A stretch of 64,000 nt of DNA from the NCBI GenBank assembly GCA_004431415.1, contig QPMI01000091.1, positions 1 through 64,000 of the forward strand. Direction: 5' to 3'. Position numbers and translations under genes: made by a program. Origin of the DNA: Cyanophora paradoxa CCMP329 (taxonomy: Eukaryota; Plantae; Glaucophyta). Shown in pieces: positions 1 to 11,273 of this stretch (position 1 is the stretch's first letter; the number at the start of each line of letters is the position of its first letter). Under the pieces are notes generated by a model that saw only the letters and a list, made by a program, of their open reading frames with translations, was not told the origin of the DNA and did no database searches.

Positions 1-3000
1 CTGGCACAGAGGCTGCTCAAGTACGCGGCCACGGCAGAGGCTCGCTCGCCCATGGGGACGGCCGAGACGCAGACGACGCCGAGGCCCGATCCGAGGCCGG
101 CCGCCGAGAGGCTGCCCTTCGCGCGGCTGGGTAGGAGCGACCAGGTGGAAGAGCTCATTGGCCTCACGCTCGAGGATCAGAGGGCCCTCTTCGACGCGTT
201 AGAGCAGCGGCGCAGGGCGGACGAGGAGGCAGCTGCCAAGACAGAAGAGGAACGACTGAAGGCAATGCAAACTGCATCAGACGAGGAATTTGCACGGCTG
301 GAGGAGCCGAAGGTAGCGGAGCGTAAGCGACGACTGGAGACGTTCAGGGGGGCGCAGATGGATTTTTACCGCTCGGAGCTCAAAAACTGAAAGAAGGAAA
401 TGCATCGGGGGACAGGGCTCCGCGCCATGGAAGAGAACATGCGCGACTTTAGCTACGTTATGGATCAGCTGACGGGAAGGGGTCAGAAAGACGCCGAAGA
501 ACTGAGGAGAAAGATGGCCGATGAGAAGTGGAAAAACTTTGAGCGTCAGGCTGTTCAGAGGCCCATCAGCGATGCCATCTGGATAGCATACGGCGACGTG
601 GAGGAGATGCACGAGAACTGCGGACGGAAGCGAGCCTATGGCGGGGAGCCCTCGAATGGTCACTGTACCGGATAAAAAGGGAGTTTTTGGCAGAGCTGCG
701 AGCCAATCCGAAAACGGTGAGCGCGGGCGCACAGAGCGCGTACCTCTCCATGGTCGATTACGTGGGCAAGCTGAGCAAATTTTGGGAAATGCGAAGAGCC
801 ATCATTCCAGCGGAGGGGCTCGCGCAGTACGATGCCATGGTGCGCGATCTGGAGGCCTTCAAACGTGAGCACCCACCCGCCAAATACAAATTCACATAGA
901 TACGACGGCATTCATGGGCGATCTAAGGAAGAGAGGAGACGAGGCCAAGAGTCAGATCGAGGAGCGCTACAGAAAGGCCCAAGCGGACAAGGAGTACGCA
1001 AACAGGGTGATTGAAGAGCGGAAGCAGCAGCCAAGGAGAACGCGGCGAGACGCAACGCCGAGATAGAAGAGCAGAGGCGGAAGATCGCAGAGCGCAAGGC
1101 GGCAGAGGAAGAGGCAAGAAAGACCAAGGTAGAGACAGAGTACCAAGCATTGAAACGGGAGGCCAATCAAATGTTAAAAAGAAGGGGAAGGGCGTACGCC
1201 GATGAGGGCGCGGGCGTCGGCTTGGCCAGCCCAGACGACATCACCTCGCGGAGGGGACGACGTTTCCGTGGAGGAGATGCGCCCGGGCACGCCGCCTGCC
1301 CTCCGAGGGCGTGTTTCAGACGCTCGACAGGCGCGTGATGGGCGACTCGGACGTTATTTTGCGCAACGCCCTCATGCCCTACGGCGACTGGAACCGCGCC
1401 ACCGCCGACGCCCTGCCGATTTCGACCTCGAGCGATTCACCACCAAAGAGCAGCGCGACGCGTCCTGGGGCGCCCGAGGGCAAGGCGGCCCGGGGTGGCC
1501 AAGGAGGCCTCAGCGCGAGACGCTCTTCTCGGCGGCGGGTACGGCGAACAACGACGGCATGTCTTTCGGGGCAGCCGATTTATTTCAGGGGGCGGGCATC
1601 GACTTGGTGGGCGCCGGGCTGGGGGTACGGGCTCGCGGGCCATGCGGCGGGCGGGCGCGGCGGCGGCGGCCTTGGGCTGGCGACGGCCGGCGGCCTGCTC
1701 TCGGCCTACCAGGCGCTCTCGCAGGGCAAGATAGGGGAGGCCGAGTTCTTCGATACGTTCCGCGATCAGATGATCATGACGGTCGGCTCTTTTGGCCTTC
1801 AGACGGGCATGTCGTCCGCCCTGAGCGCCCTCACGAAAATGAGGATCGGCACGGTGGGCGGACTTGGCCTGTCCATCCTCGCGGGCGCCATCGCGCAGGT
1901 GATCGTGGATATCATCAACGGGCGCAGCGCGGAAGAAATCGTGAAGAACTTTTTCAAGTACCCCGTCGACTGGGCGACCGACACCATACAGTTCATCGCG
2001 GAGCTCTCGCAACAGATCTACGACTGGGGCGTCGAGACGTGGGGCGACGAGGCGAGCCAGCTGCGCAACCGAATTAATCGGCTGGAGGCGAGCTGGGCTC
2101 CGGATTTTTGGGTGTGTACGACCCTCGGAGGCGCGCGAATGGCCTCGCTCTTGGCCCAGGAGCTGCGGTTAAACGAAATCAAGGAGCCGAAGGAGCTGCA
2201 GGCCTTCATTCGCGCGCTCGACAACAGCATCAACGATTACCGTACCCCAAGGACCAGAAGACCCTGCTCGAAATCGATCGCGCGACCGTGCTCTTCCTCT
2301 CCCAGCTCACCGTTAAAATGCAGGAGGCTTCGGGTCGACTTCGCTCGCCCTGAGTCGACTTATGCGCGACCTGAAGCAGATGATAAAGGAGGAGACCAAG
2401 GGCGAAGCGCGTCTTAATTGCCGTCTACCAGGAGGCCTCAACAGGATCAATCACATCGAAGCCCTAAGGCGCGAATTCGGCTCGGCCATCCGTCACTCGG
2501 GCGTCTCGTCGAACGGAGGGGCGCAGGTGGCCGCCTGGCGGACGCCAACTCGCGCCTCGAGATTCCGGGACTTCCGCATGCAGGATTGGTGGGAGGCCGA
2601 GGCCTTCAGGAATTACGGGCCTTCATAGACAACGGATCAATTCGCAGAGCCCCAAGGCAAACTGGCTGGTACCCAAGGCCTACGTCGATAAATTGGTTGA
2701 CAGGCCTGCAGCACCATACACCAAGAAGATCGCCAAAGGCATCGAGTACTGGGCGCCCGAGCCAGGCCAGCCCGTGTTTGCATCGCAGAACTACGAGTGG
2801 CACATGGCGCCGGGGCGAGCCAGGCCGTGAGCACGTGGCGTTGCCGTGCCGCAGCTGGCGACGGTGCACACACGGGGGCGTATGCAGATCTCAGCGGGAG
2901 GCCGACGATACCCGTGATACCAACACGTGGGCGTGGGATAGCATCACGGGGAAGCCGAGTACGTATCCCCACGCAGACCACCAGCACACCATCTCTCAGA

Positions 3001-3548
3001 TCAGCGACTGGACGGCCCGACTTGACGAACATCTCCGTGGATTGGGACACGTAACGGGCAAGCCACTTACCTTCCCCCCCTCTACACACAGTCACAATGT
3101 GTACTGGATAATGTCATCGACCGACCACTTCCTTCCACCCTCTACGCACAGTCACACAGAGTACTCGCTCACAGCCACGGGCACAGAACGTGAACATGGA
3201 TGCGTACATAACGCACGGCACGTCCTTCCACTCCTACGCTGCGTACACGGAGTTTAACATCAATTCAACATACACGGTGACGTTCAACATTACATTCGGA
3301 CAGGCGTACGACACTGGAGGCGGACTGGGGACCCCAGCAAACCCAACGCCGGTTATTAACGTAACCCCCTCGTTCGACATCAATCCCGGCGGCAGCACGG
3401 ATGTCGATTTCTACGGGGCCAACGTCACGGCGGTGATCACACTGGCTTTACAGTTAAAGTGAGATTCCAACCCAGAATGACGGTCACGCCCACCCAAATT
3501 GTCCAGCTTTTTATTCATTGGACCGCGATCGGCAAGCTGCTTATGTAA
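1..3548 (+). CDS. Large viral structural/fibre-like protein (frameshifted, 5' end outside window): charged coiled-coil N-part, Gly-rich hydrophobic middle, tail-fibre repeats, H-lectin/fibre-tip-like C-terminus
   Basis: ORF pieces 52-390, 400-675, 687-899, ~914-1170, 1311-2417, 2418-3257 and 3190-3462 can be joined by frameshifts (e.g. KYKF/IDTTAFMGDLRKRG, EYQALKREANQMLKRRG). Motifs GAYADLSGRPTIP, WDSITGKPSTYPHADHQHTISQI, VTGKPLTFPPSTHSH; ends ...GFTVKVRF...IHWTAIGKLLM* (TAA 3546-3548). Could be more than one gene. Confidence 0.55.
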
Positions 3549-3572
3549 TCGATTTTCTGATGCAATCCAAAA

Positions 3573-4606
3573 ATGTCGGTCGCTGTCCCTCTATTTACCT
3601 ATGCTGCAGCGTGAATCACAAGGGCGATCACACGATTAAGGAGACCACCCTCGGAAACCAGGCCACCGAGGCCCCCTACAACGCCACGGCCGTCCCTTTT
3701 CGAGGCCGACCTCGTCCGCGTCGGCGAGCTGCGCTGCGACAAGATGCGCACGCGGGAGGGCGGGTCGGCCGTGCCGGGGCGCGTGAGGACGCAGAGGCTC
3801 ACCGTCACGAACGGGCCTGGGACGGGAGCGGGTACACCACGAATCAGGTGACCTTTAATGGGACTGTGAACGGAGGGGAATGCGGCTCTGTATGTGCAAG
3901 GAGGCGGAGCAAACGTGGTGGGGGCTTAGGGTGAGCGGGCTTCAAACTTGGCGGGCATCGTTACATTGGACGATAAGCTGCAAATTACCGGAACGTCACC
4001 GTACATAAATGGCGTGGTTCAGGCGTAGCTATAAAGTACAACGAAAACGATAGACTCCTCTGTGGGACTCTTGGCGTTGGTGTTACAGGTACTCTATTTA
4101 CCTCGGCAATCGAAGGCCCTACTAATGGCCTAAGCATAGCAAACACTTCAATCGTTGATAGCGGAAGCGTCAGCTCTGGTCTATCCTTGAGAAACAACGG
4201 CACCGAACGACTGCTGTGCGGAACCGTCGGCGTTGGCATCACGGGTCGGCTCATCGTCTCGACGCTCACGGGCGATGGAAACCGAGCCGTTTATTCGGAT
4301 GCTCAAGGATACCTGACAAACTCGTCGAGCGATAGCCGCCTGAAAGAAAATGTCGCGAGCATGTCGGGCATTCTCCCTCTTCTGCTGCAGCTGAATCCCG
4401 TGTCGTTCACCTGGAAGAACACATCCTCGGGGGGTTCGAAAACGGATTACGGTCTCATCGCACAGGAAGTCCAAGGCGTCTTCCCGAGTCTCGTTTTCGA
4501 GAACGCGGATGGATTTCTCGGGGTAAACTACGACAGGCTCATTTCCCTGTCGTTGAAGGCAATTCAGGAACTTTCACAAGAAGTTCAAACTCTCAAGACC
4601 AGGTAG
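3573..4606 (+). CDS. Fibre/spike protein with C-terminal intramolecular chaperone (peptidase S74) domain, frameshifted
   Basis: SSDSRLKENV...LNPVSFTWK...YGLIAQEVQGVFPSLV...GVNYDRLISLSLKAIQEL is the S74 consensus; preceded by two NxxxRLLCGTxGVGxTG repeats; AAAA-ATG at 3573. Confidence 0.85.
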
Positions 4607-4643
4607 CGGCACTGGCGAGCTGATCTGGAACAACTAGGAATAA

Positions 4644-6768
4644 CTACACCGCGAGTATCACAATTCGACCGTTGCCACGTCGCTGAAAGACGAGCCACCG
4701 TTGCCGCCCCTACCAATGCCTGCTGCGTAGTGAGCGTCTCCGCTATTTCCTGCCACCTGGCCGGACCCAGGATACACCGTAGCATCCGTCAAGTTTCCTA
4801 TGTAGCTCGAGCCACCGCCACCTCCAAACATTCTTGCTATTGGGTTCTCTGACACTCCGCTCCTGCTGGACCAGAGCCTCCACCGAAGTAACCACCACCA
4901 CCACCACCACCGAACCTGTAGCCGCTTGAATCAGGCCCAGTCTCTCCACCTTGGCGCAAAGTTCCCGGGTTGCTGGGCCTGGCCCCTGAGGCCACAACAC
5001 CGGCTCCGCCAGCGGTTTGGGTGCCTCCTTGAGCCGGTATCTCTCCGGTTACTCCAACCAACCCAGCCGCACCACCGGTCAACCCCCGCCTACTCCCCCG
5101 CCGCCATTCGAATCACATGTACCCCCACCTCCGGCCCTGCAACAACCAAGTCGGTCCCTGCAACGCGCTGAATTGCAGAACGACCACCACCGGCGCCGTT
5201 TTTGTACTCCGGATCGACGCTATGGCTCCAGCCCCTTCCACCACCTCCGTAGACGGTAGCAGTGGCAGTCCCGATACACCCTTTGGGCCGCCGCATCCAA
5301 CAACAAGGATGAGCGTCTCCCCCGAGGACACAGCCAATGTACCAACTACGCAAGCACCCGCGCCTCCACGGACCCCGTACCTGCGCGTTCTCCGCCTCCA
5401 CCCCCGGCCGCCCATACGATGACACGCACAGCCACAGTCCCCGTTGGTACTACGAAAGTCTGGTCGGCCCCGGTGTAGGAGAATGTACCCAAAACAGGAG
5501 CGTTTGCAGTTGTTGCACTGGCAGACGAGGACTGAGGGCCTTCCTCGCCGATCTGGTTGACGCCCTTGATGGTGTAAGTGTAAGTGGTTCCGTAAACGGT
5601 CGTTGTGTCCGAAAAGGGGCTGCTCGTGTCGCTGGCAAGGAACACGCCACCCTGTAGATGTTGTAGGAGACGGTGACGCCCGTCACCGGCACCGACCACT
5701 CGAGCACAACAGGCTGTGCTGCCCCCGCCGCGGGGTTGCAGTGAGCCCAGTGGGCGCCCCGGTCCGTGGTGACGTACGCCGCAATACTCTTCGGCCCTCC
5801 CTCCCGTGTTCGTCGCGGAGATCTGGTACTCGTACCCTGTACCCCAGACGGTGGTCGTGTCGCTGTAGGAGTTGGTCGCGGAGTCTGTGAGGTAGGCCCC
5901 GTCTCTGTAAATCTTGTATCCGTCGCTCCCGTGGACGCAGTCCAGCTGAGGCTGACAGGCTGCTGCTGGTCGTTGGGTGCTGATGCCGTCACGTTCGTGG
6001 GGGCGTTTGGCATAGTCCAGACCAGGAGCGGATCGGACTTGTCGTATTCGACACCGCCCACGATGCCGGCCACCTGGTAAGAGTATTCCGTGCCCCACGT
6101 AAGAGCAGTGCTATCGTCAATGTACGAGGTAGACAGGGCACTGCTCGCAAATCCGATTGGCGTACCGTTCCTGTAAATTCGAATCGAGTCCGCGCCCTCC
6201 ATGGCCACCCAGTTGATTGTGACGACTATGGCGGGTTTCGGGAAGCCCGAAGACGCGGGGCCGCCCCGGCAATAAAATCGCCGTAGGTCTGGGCCGTGGC
6301 GGTCGTGAGCGTGGTGTAGGCTTCGATCTGCGGGCTGAAGCCGCCTATGCCTTGGAAGAGAATGTAATTGCTCATGGCACCCTCGTGGGTGTAGAGAAGC
6401 GACTGTGCGTAGGTTGTGGGCGGGCTTTGCCATCAGAGCCCGTGCTGCTGCTGCCCTGTTCGCGAACCGCCGCACGCGGTAGAGTCGCTGGGCCCCAAAC
6501 TAAAGGGAGAGTCCGTGTAGGTGACGGTTGGCGCATTCACCGTGGCCACGAGATCCCAGGGGCCGTTGATGCTGGTCGCCCTGTACACCTTGTACTTGAC
6601 GGCGTTGGTGACCGCGACCCAGTTCAGCTGAAAGCCGTACGTACTGTTCCCGTTGTTGAGCACGGAGCCCGATCGCACCTGGGGCCTGCCCACAGTCAGC
6701 GAGATCGGCTCCACGCCATACTGCGGAGCCTGCACCACCTGCTTTTTCACGAATACGAAGCGGGGCAT
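4644..6768 (-). CDS. Fibronectin type III repeat protein with C-terminal glycine-rich (ALK/LTK-like) domain, frameshifted
   Basis: Repeated LxW...YxIYRxG...YxD...GTxYxYQ(V/I) FN3 units; then FSYTGADQTFVVPTGTVAVRVIVW..GGAGACVVGTLAVSSGETLILVVGCGG..GGGRSAI..LVVAG..GGGGGGYFGGG..GGGGSSYI; stop GNGRIVILAV* at 4644. Confidence 0.8.
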
Positions 6769-6806
6769 TTTCCTCTACGATCCGAAAAAATATCTGCCCG
6801 GGGTAA

Positions 6807-7485
6807 ATGACTTCCAACTGGTACCAGACCCTCAGCGGCTCACTTGACGTTGGCAACAACACCAAGGATTTCGCACGCATACCCTCCGGCAGTTACGTCG
6901 ACGTCTTTCTGCAGAATCCCGTCGTGATTCAGGTCGTTCAGAACGCCTACGCCACGCCCAAGATTTATTCCTACCAGCTCTTCTTCGACCCTCTGAGCCT
7001 CAGCGCAGAGGTTATCGAGCTGCTGCACGAATCAGGACTCGTGAAAAAGGTGGCACCTGCCACGGCCACTGCCAACGTCTTGCGCTGTCTCGAGGTCAAG
7101 TTCAGGGAGACGGGGTACGGCCCCACCGTGAACCGGTACCCCAGTTCTTCGAATCTTCCGGGTACGGGAACTTACCAGATGAGGGGTACGCTCAAGGGCG
7201 ACGTGCTCTTCACGAAATTCAATCCAAGTCCCGCGACCCTGGGGGCCCTCTACACGGGCGGCAACCCACGCGGCTCGACTCTACCCCGCTTCCCTTCACC
7301 TTTTTCAGGTTCCAGGTCTTCCCCCTCTCCTACGCCGCCGACCAGCCCCACTTCAGCACGGGCGCCAGCCTCTGCGCGGAGCTGCGTGAGTGCTCGATTT
7401 CCTACGCGTACGGCACCGACGCTGACTCTGTGCCTGGGGCCGCGTCATGAACATCGGTGGCGACATCACCCTCTTTCACGGATAA
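6807..7485 (+). CDS. Unknown viral protein, paralogue A (beta-rich; frameshifted 3' part)
   Basis: AA-ATG 6807; shares QNPV...SGLxKK...LExKF...LFTKF blocks with the next gene; probable stop GDITLFHG* 7483-7485. Confidence 0.6.
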
Positions 7486-7508
7486 TCTTTCTCATTTGAG
7501 GTCGCAAA

Positions 7509-8317
7509 ATGCCGACCACCTCGGCCACCATCGTGAAGACCGTGTCTGCCGGCTCGATCGTCCCCGATTTCTACGGCAACGCTGGGAACGTGGCCAACGC
7601 AGGACGGACAAGGTGGAGTGGGACGGAAACTACGCCACCCCGCTCACCGTGAGGGTCCAGAATCCCGTCATGTTGCGCGTCACCTCCAACGATTTCGAGA
7701 ATCCCGCCTCCTGCTCCGTGTACGTGTACTTTGACATCGACTCGGGCGTGAGCGCGGATGAGGCGGAGGCGCTCTGGCTCTCGGGCCTCCTGAAAAAGAT
7801 AGAGCCCTCTGTGCCTGATCGGCCCGCCATTCGCGTGCTCGAACTCAAGTTCACCGCTAACACGCCCTCACTCGCAAATTCGGGAATGGTGCGAATCCGA
7901 ACATCAAAACGCATTTAGATGGCGCCCTCATCGATGCCACACACAAGACCACGCAGGCCGTTCCCTTTGAGATGTACAACCTCTGGAAGATGACGCAAAG
8001 GAGATGATGACGAATGCCACCACGGGCGGCGCCTCGGGTACCGATTATTCATACGGCGCCTCGAATCCCCGTACCCAGGTCTGGCCCGGCTCCTCTTCAC
8101 GAAATTCACTTTCAAATTGTACAACAACATCGCCGGAATGCCTACCTCTGGAATGGTCGTGGGCTCTACCCTCATGGCCGAACTAATTGAGGCAGAGGCG
8201 GACTACACGACTGCGACTACCAACTCGACAGCGCCAGGCGCCGGAGCCGAAGTTTACGTGGCCTGGGAAACGGTCGGTCGCGAGTACGACACCAAGATTC
8301 ACACCACTAGCGTCTAG
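7509..8317 (+). CDS. Unknown viral protein, paralogue B (frameshifted)
   Basis: AAA-ATG 7509 (MPTTSATIVKTV); VRVQNPVMLRV...SGLLKKIEP...IRVLELKF...LLFTKFTF; ends EYDTKIHTTSV*. Confidence 0.6.
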
Positions 8318-8672
8318 ACTGGCTAAGCTGCATTAGCACCTGTGTCGCCTCCATCATCTCCCGAATCTCCTCGCTCTTCTCCTGTAAATTGGCGTACCCC
8401 CTCCTCTTCTTGCGAATCTCCGACATTGATGCCCAGCGCAGGTTCTCCCTCCTGTAGTCCAGCGGGTTGCCGTTGATGTGTTCCACGTAGCGTCCACGTG
8501 GCGACTTCCCGAGGATCAGCTGGGAGAGGTAGTGCTTGCGCCCTCCAAACGTCTTGCTCACCCTGTCCCTGTCCACTCTCCAGGGAAACTCCAAGGCACT
8601 CGGGGGTACGTCCGAGTTGACCAGGACGTTGTAGGCGACGTCTTGCGAGTCGGTGCACCGGAGCAGGGCCAT
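8307..8672 (-). CDS. HNH_3-type endonuclease-like protein with substituted catalytic motif
   Basis: YLSQLILG...YVEHINGNPLDYRRENLRWAS resembles the HRLIMG...VDHINGNxLDNRRxNLR consensus of phage/viral HNH proteins. Confidence 0.75.
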   Translation of the reverse strand: MALLRCTDSQDVAYNVLVNSDVPPSALEFPWRVDRDRVSKTFGGRKHYLSQLILGKSPRGRYVEHINGNPLDYRRENLRWASMSEIRKKRRGYANLQEKSEEIREMMEATQVLMQLSQSRR

Positions 8673-8698
8673 TTTGCCCTAGGTTCAGAAAAACCTGG

Positions 8699-8782
8699 AC
8701 TTGGGACTTGGGACTTGGGACTTGGGACTTGGGACTTGGGACTTGGGACTTGGGACTTGGGACTTGGGACTTGGGACTTGGG
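8699..8782 (+). repeat. (ACTTGGG)12 heptamer tandem array, copy 1
   Basis: 12 perfect units read directly; followed by AAGAGTT. Confidence 0.97.
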
Positions 8783-8891
8783 AAGAGTTGAAACCAGGTC
8801 CCGGCCCAGACTTTCTCCAGGATCAGAAATTTGTCAGACAAGTCAGGTGAGTTTTTCTACCGACTTTTTTACTCCTACCACTCCTCATACT

Positions 8892-8937
8892 CTTTTTACT
8901 CGTAGTCTTTTTTACTCGTAGTCTTTTTTACTCGTAT
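8892..8937 (+). repeat. Three copies of CTTTTT(T)ACTCGTA
   Basis: Read directly in the non-coding spacer between arrays 1 and 2. Confidence 0.85.
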
Positions 8938-9222
8938 CCCATCTCGTACCCTCCTTCTCTCGACATCTCACACGAAAACTCCTACCCCTCTTCACATCCG
9001 TTTTCGGTTGCATACTCTCGTGAGCTTTCATGTCCAGTATCATGCTACAAGTCGTACACCAGTTCAGACTCTACCTCGCTTGAAATCTCACCTGGAATGT
9101 CACCAGAAACGTCATATGCAGATTTCCGTACCCTCTACATGTCTGCCCGGTGGTTAGGGACTTGGCGCGGCAAACTCTCAGATCCAGAGAGATTCTGGGC
9201 CCAGACCCTGAGTCTAACTCTT

Positions 9223-9270
9223 CCAAGTCCCAAGTCCCAAGTCCCAAGTCCCAAGTCCCAAGTCCCAAGT
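9223..9270 (-). repeat. (CCCAAGT)~7 heptamer array, copy 2, inverted relative to copy 1
   Basis: Read directly; flanked by AACTCTT and CCCAGG. Confidence 0.97.
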
Positions 9271-9343
9271 CCCAGGATCGCGCCAAGTCGTAACTGAATA
9301 GTCGGCCAATTTTTACAAGTATGTACAATGGAATGACGCAATA

Positions 9344-10412
9344 CTATTTACAGCATCTCAAAGTCAGAGTCATCGTCATCGGAAACCAACTCAATGAGGC
9401 CCTCGGGCGCCGACTTAAGGGAATGCGGGGAAGGGACTGCGCTGCCTGCACCAAGTCCTGCCGCTCGCGCTCGCGCTGCGCCGCCAAGGCCGCTGCCGCC
9501 TCTGCCTCGCGCTGCTGCTGAGCCTCGATGCGCGCCTTGAGCTCGGCCGCCTCCTTCTGCTTGCGCTCGGCGATCCGCGCCTTGTTGATCTGGTACTGGA
9601 CAAGGCGCTCGTGGCGCCGCTTGCGCTCCAACTCCTTGCGGAGCTCGTTGCAGAGGACGCGCTTCTCAATGGTCTTGACGTGCTGAGTCAGGCGCTCGCT
9701 GTAGTGTGACGTCACGCGAGAACGGGCAATGCCGGCGCCGAGCTTCAAGTCCTTCTCGTGTGCCTTGGCGGGGTCCTTGACGCGCTCGGAGTTGTCGGTG
9801 AATGACGTAGTCTCCATGAACTTCTTCTTGACGATTGACTTGGTCTTGATAATGCGGCGCTTGCGAGTCGGGTTTTCGTTGTCGCCTTCAGAGTCAGAAG
9901 ACGACTCAGAGTCGTATGGAATCGGCACGTCAAAGTCGATGAAGTCGTTGATGTCAGACTCGACGTCAGAGGCCTCGGACTTGGCGTCATCGGCGGGCTC
10001 GGGGGCGGGCTCGGCGACGGGCTGAGGGGCAGATGACGACGATGACGGAGGGGGTAATTCGTGAAGACTTGAGGGGGTAGGCCCAGGCGAGCGTCTCGGC
10101 AGCAGACTCGGCGAAAAGCTTGGGGTCGCCCCAGCCGTTGGCGGTCTTGACCCAGCCGGGGACGGGGGCACGTCGACGGGGGCTCGGGCTTGGGTTGCTT
10201 GGACTTGGATTTCTTGGCCTTGGACGTGAAGGCGGACTTGGGGAGAAGTTGCACTTCGGGGCCAGTGGCGCGTAAGATGGCATAATTGTAGATGTACCCA
10301 GAGCGTCGGCGCGCTGCTCCATCTCAGGGGTAGCCCCTTGAGTGCCACCGGAGTTAGCCCACGTTGCTTGGACAAAGGCGAAGTCCTCGGCAAGCTCAGC
10401 GGGAATCGACAT
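9344..10412 (-). CDS. Unknown viral protein with acidic low-complexity region, basic NLS-like patch and coiled coil (frameshifted N-terminus)
   Basis: Long open frame; SDVESDINDFIDFD..SESSSDSEGD, TRKRRIIK, ELERKRRHER coiled coil; candidate ATG at 10412. Confidence 0.6.
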
Positions 10413-10871
10413 CTGCGCAAAGGGAAAAGAAATCAGCAAAGGCAAAACGTGAGGTGACTGTGAGGGCGGACTTGTGAAAATTCGGAGAGGCAGGGTTTCC
10501 TTGGGCTGAGAGAAGGCGGCGAACCCGTTTCAAGAGTGAGGCAAAATGGCGGCGGACCGCGGTTTTGTGGGCGAATTTTTCCTGGGCTAGTTCGCAACGG
10601 AAAACGTTGCCAACTGGCCTGAAAAAGCCAAATTTAGCGTTGGACCGAAGACAGAAAAAGGAGCCGGCCTGACGGAAATTGCCCGAGTGCGTCCGCCGAA
10701 GGTCGAGTCTCGGATGGGGGTACACCCTCAGGGGCCCCCCTGGCCCCTCACCCTGGTAGTACCCTCTCAAAGGGATTTTCGAAGCCGTACAATTCTTGGT
10801 AAGTCTCGTAATCCGGGCTGTACCCCTCACAATCTGCGGGAGCCCCATTGAAAGCCTCCGTCTATCCTCTC

Positions 10872-11216
10872 TCAATTCCTGCGGAAAAGTCTACGGTCTT
10901 CTCGAGCTTCGCGCGTCACGCCAGCTGGGCGTGGTCTATGATTGTTAGGGTTGTCGTAGCCTGGTCCCACCAGCCTCACGAAATTTTCGCGTATGGCCTC
11001 GGGGAGACTCTGGAAACGGTTCGTTGCGTGGAACTCGATCCATTCATTGAATCGACGCGGATATTGACGGATGACTTCAAGCACGCCCTGTGTGTTGGGC
11101 TCTGGTGTTATGTCGGGAATGTCATGTCCTGTGAGGTGCCAACGCCAGAACTCGCGCAGCCTCTCGAATGCCATATGCAACTCAAAGGGGAAATCGTAAT
11201 AGAGATTGCCTGACAT
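10872..11216 (-). CDS. Hypothetical viral protein (114 aa)
   Basis: AAAA-ATG at 11216 (MSGNLYYDFPFELHMAFERL...), uninterrupted frame, protein-like composition. Confidence 0.55.
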   Translation of the reverse strand: MSGNLYYDFPFELHMAFERLREFWRWHLTGHDIPDITPEPNTQGVLEVIRQYPRRFNEWIEFHATNRFQSLPEAIRENFVRLVGPGYDNPNNHRPRPAGVTREAREDRRLFRRN

Positions 11217-11273
11217 TTTTCTCCCCCTCCGAAAATTTCCCCGTTTTGAGTCCAGACTCTGATTCCAACTCTT

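Noticed and set aside
4030-4260. DGR-like template/variable repeat pair in the spike gene
   Set aside because: Differences are not adenine-specific, similarity is mainly at protein level, and no reverse transcriptase is seen
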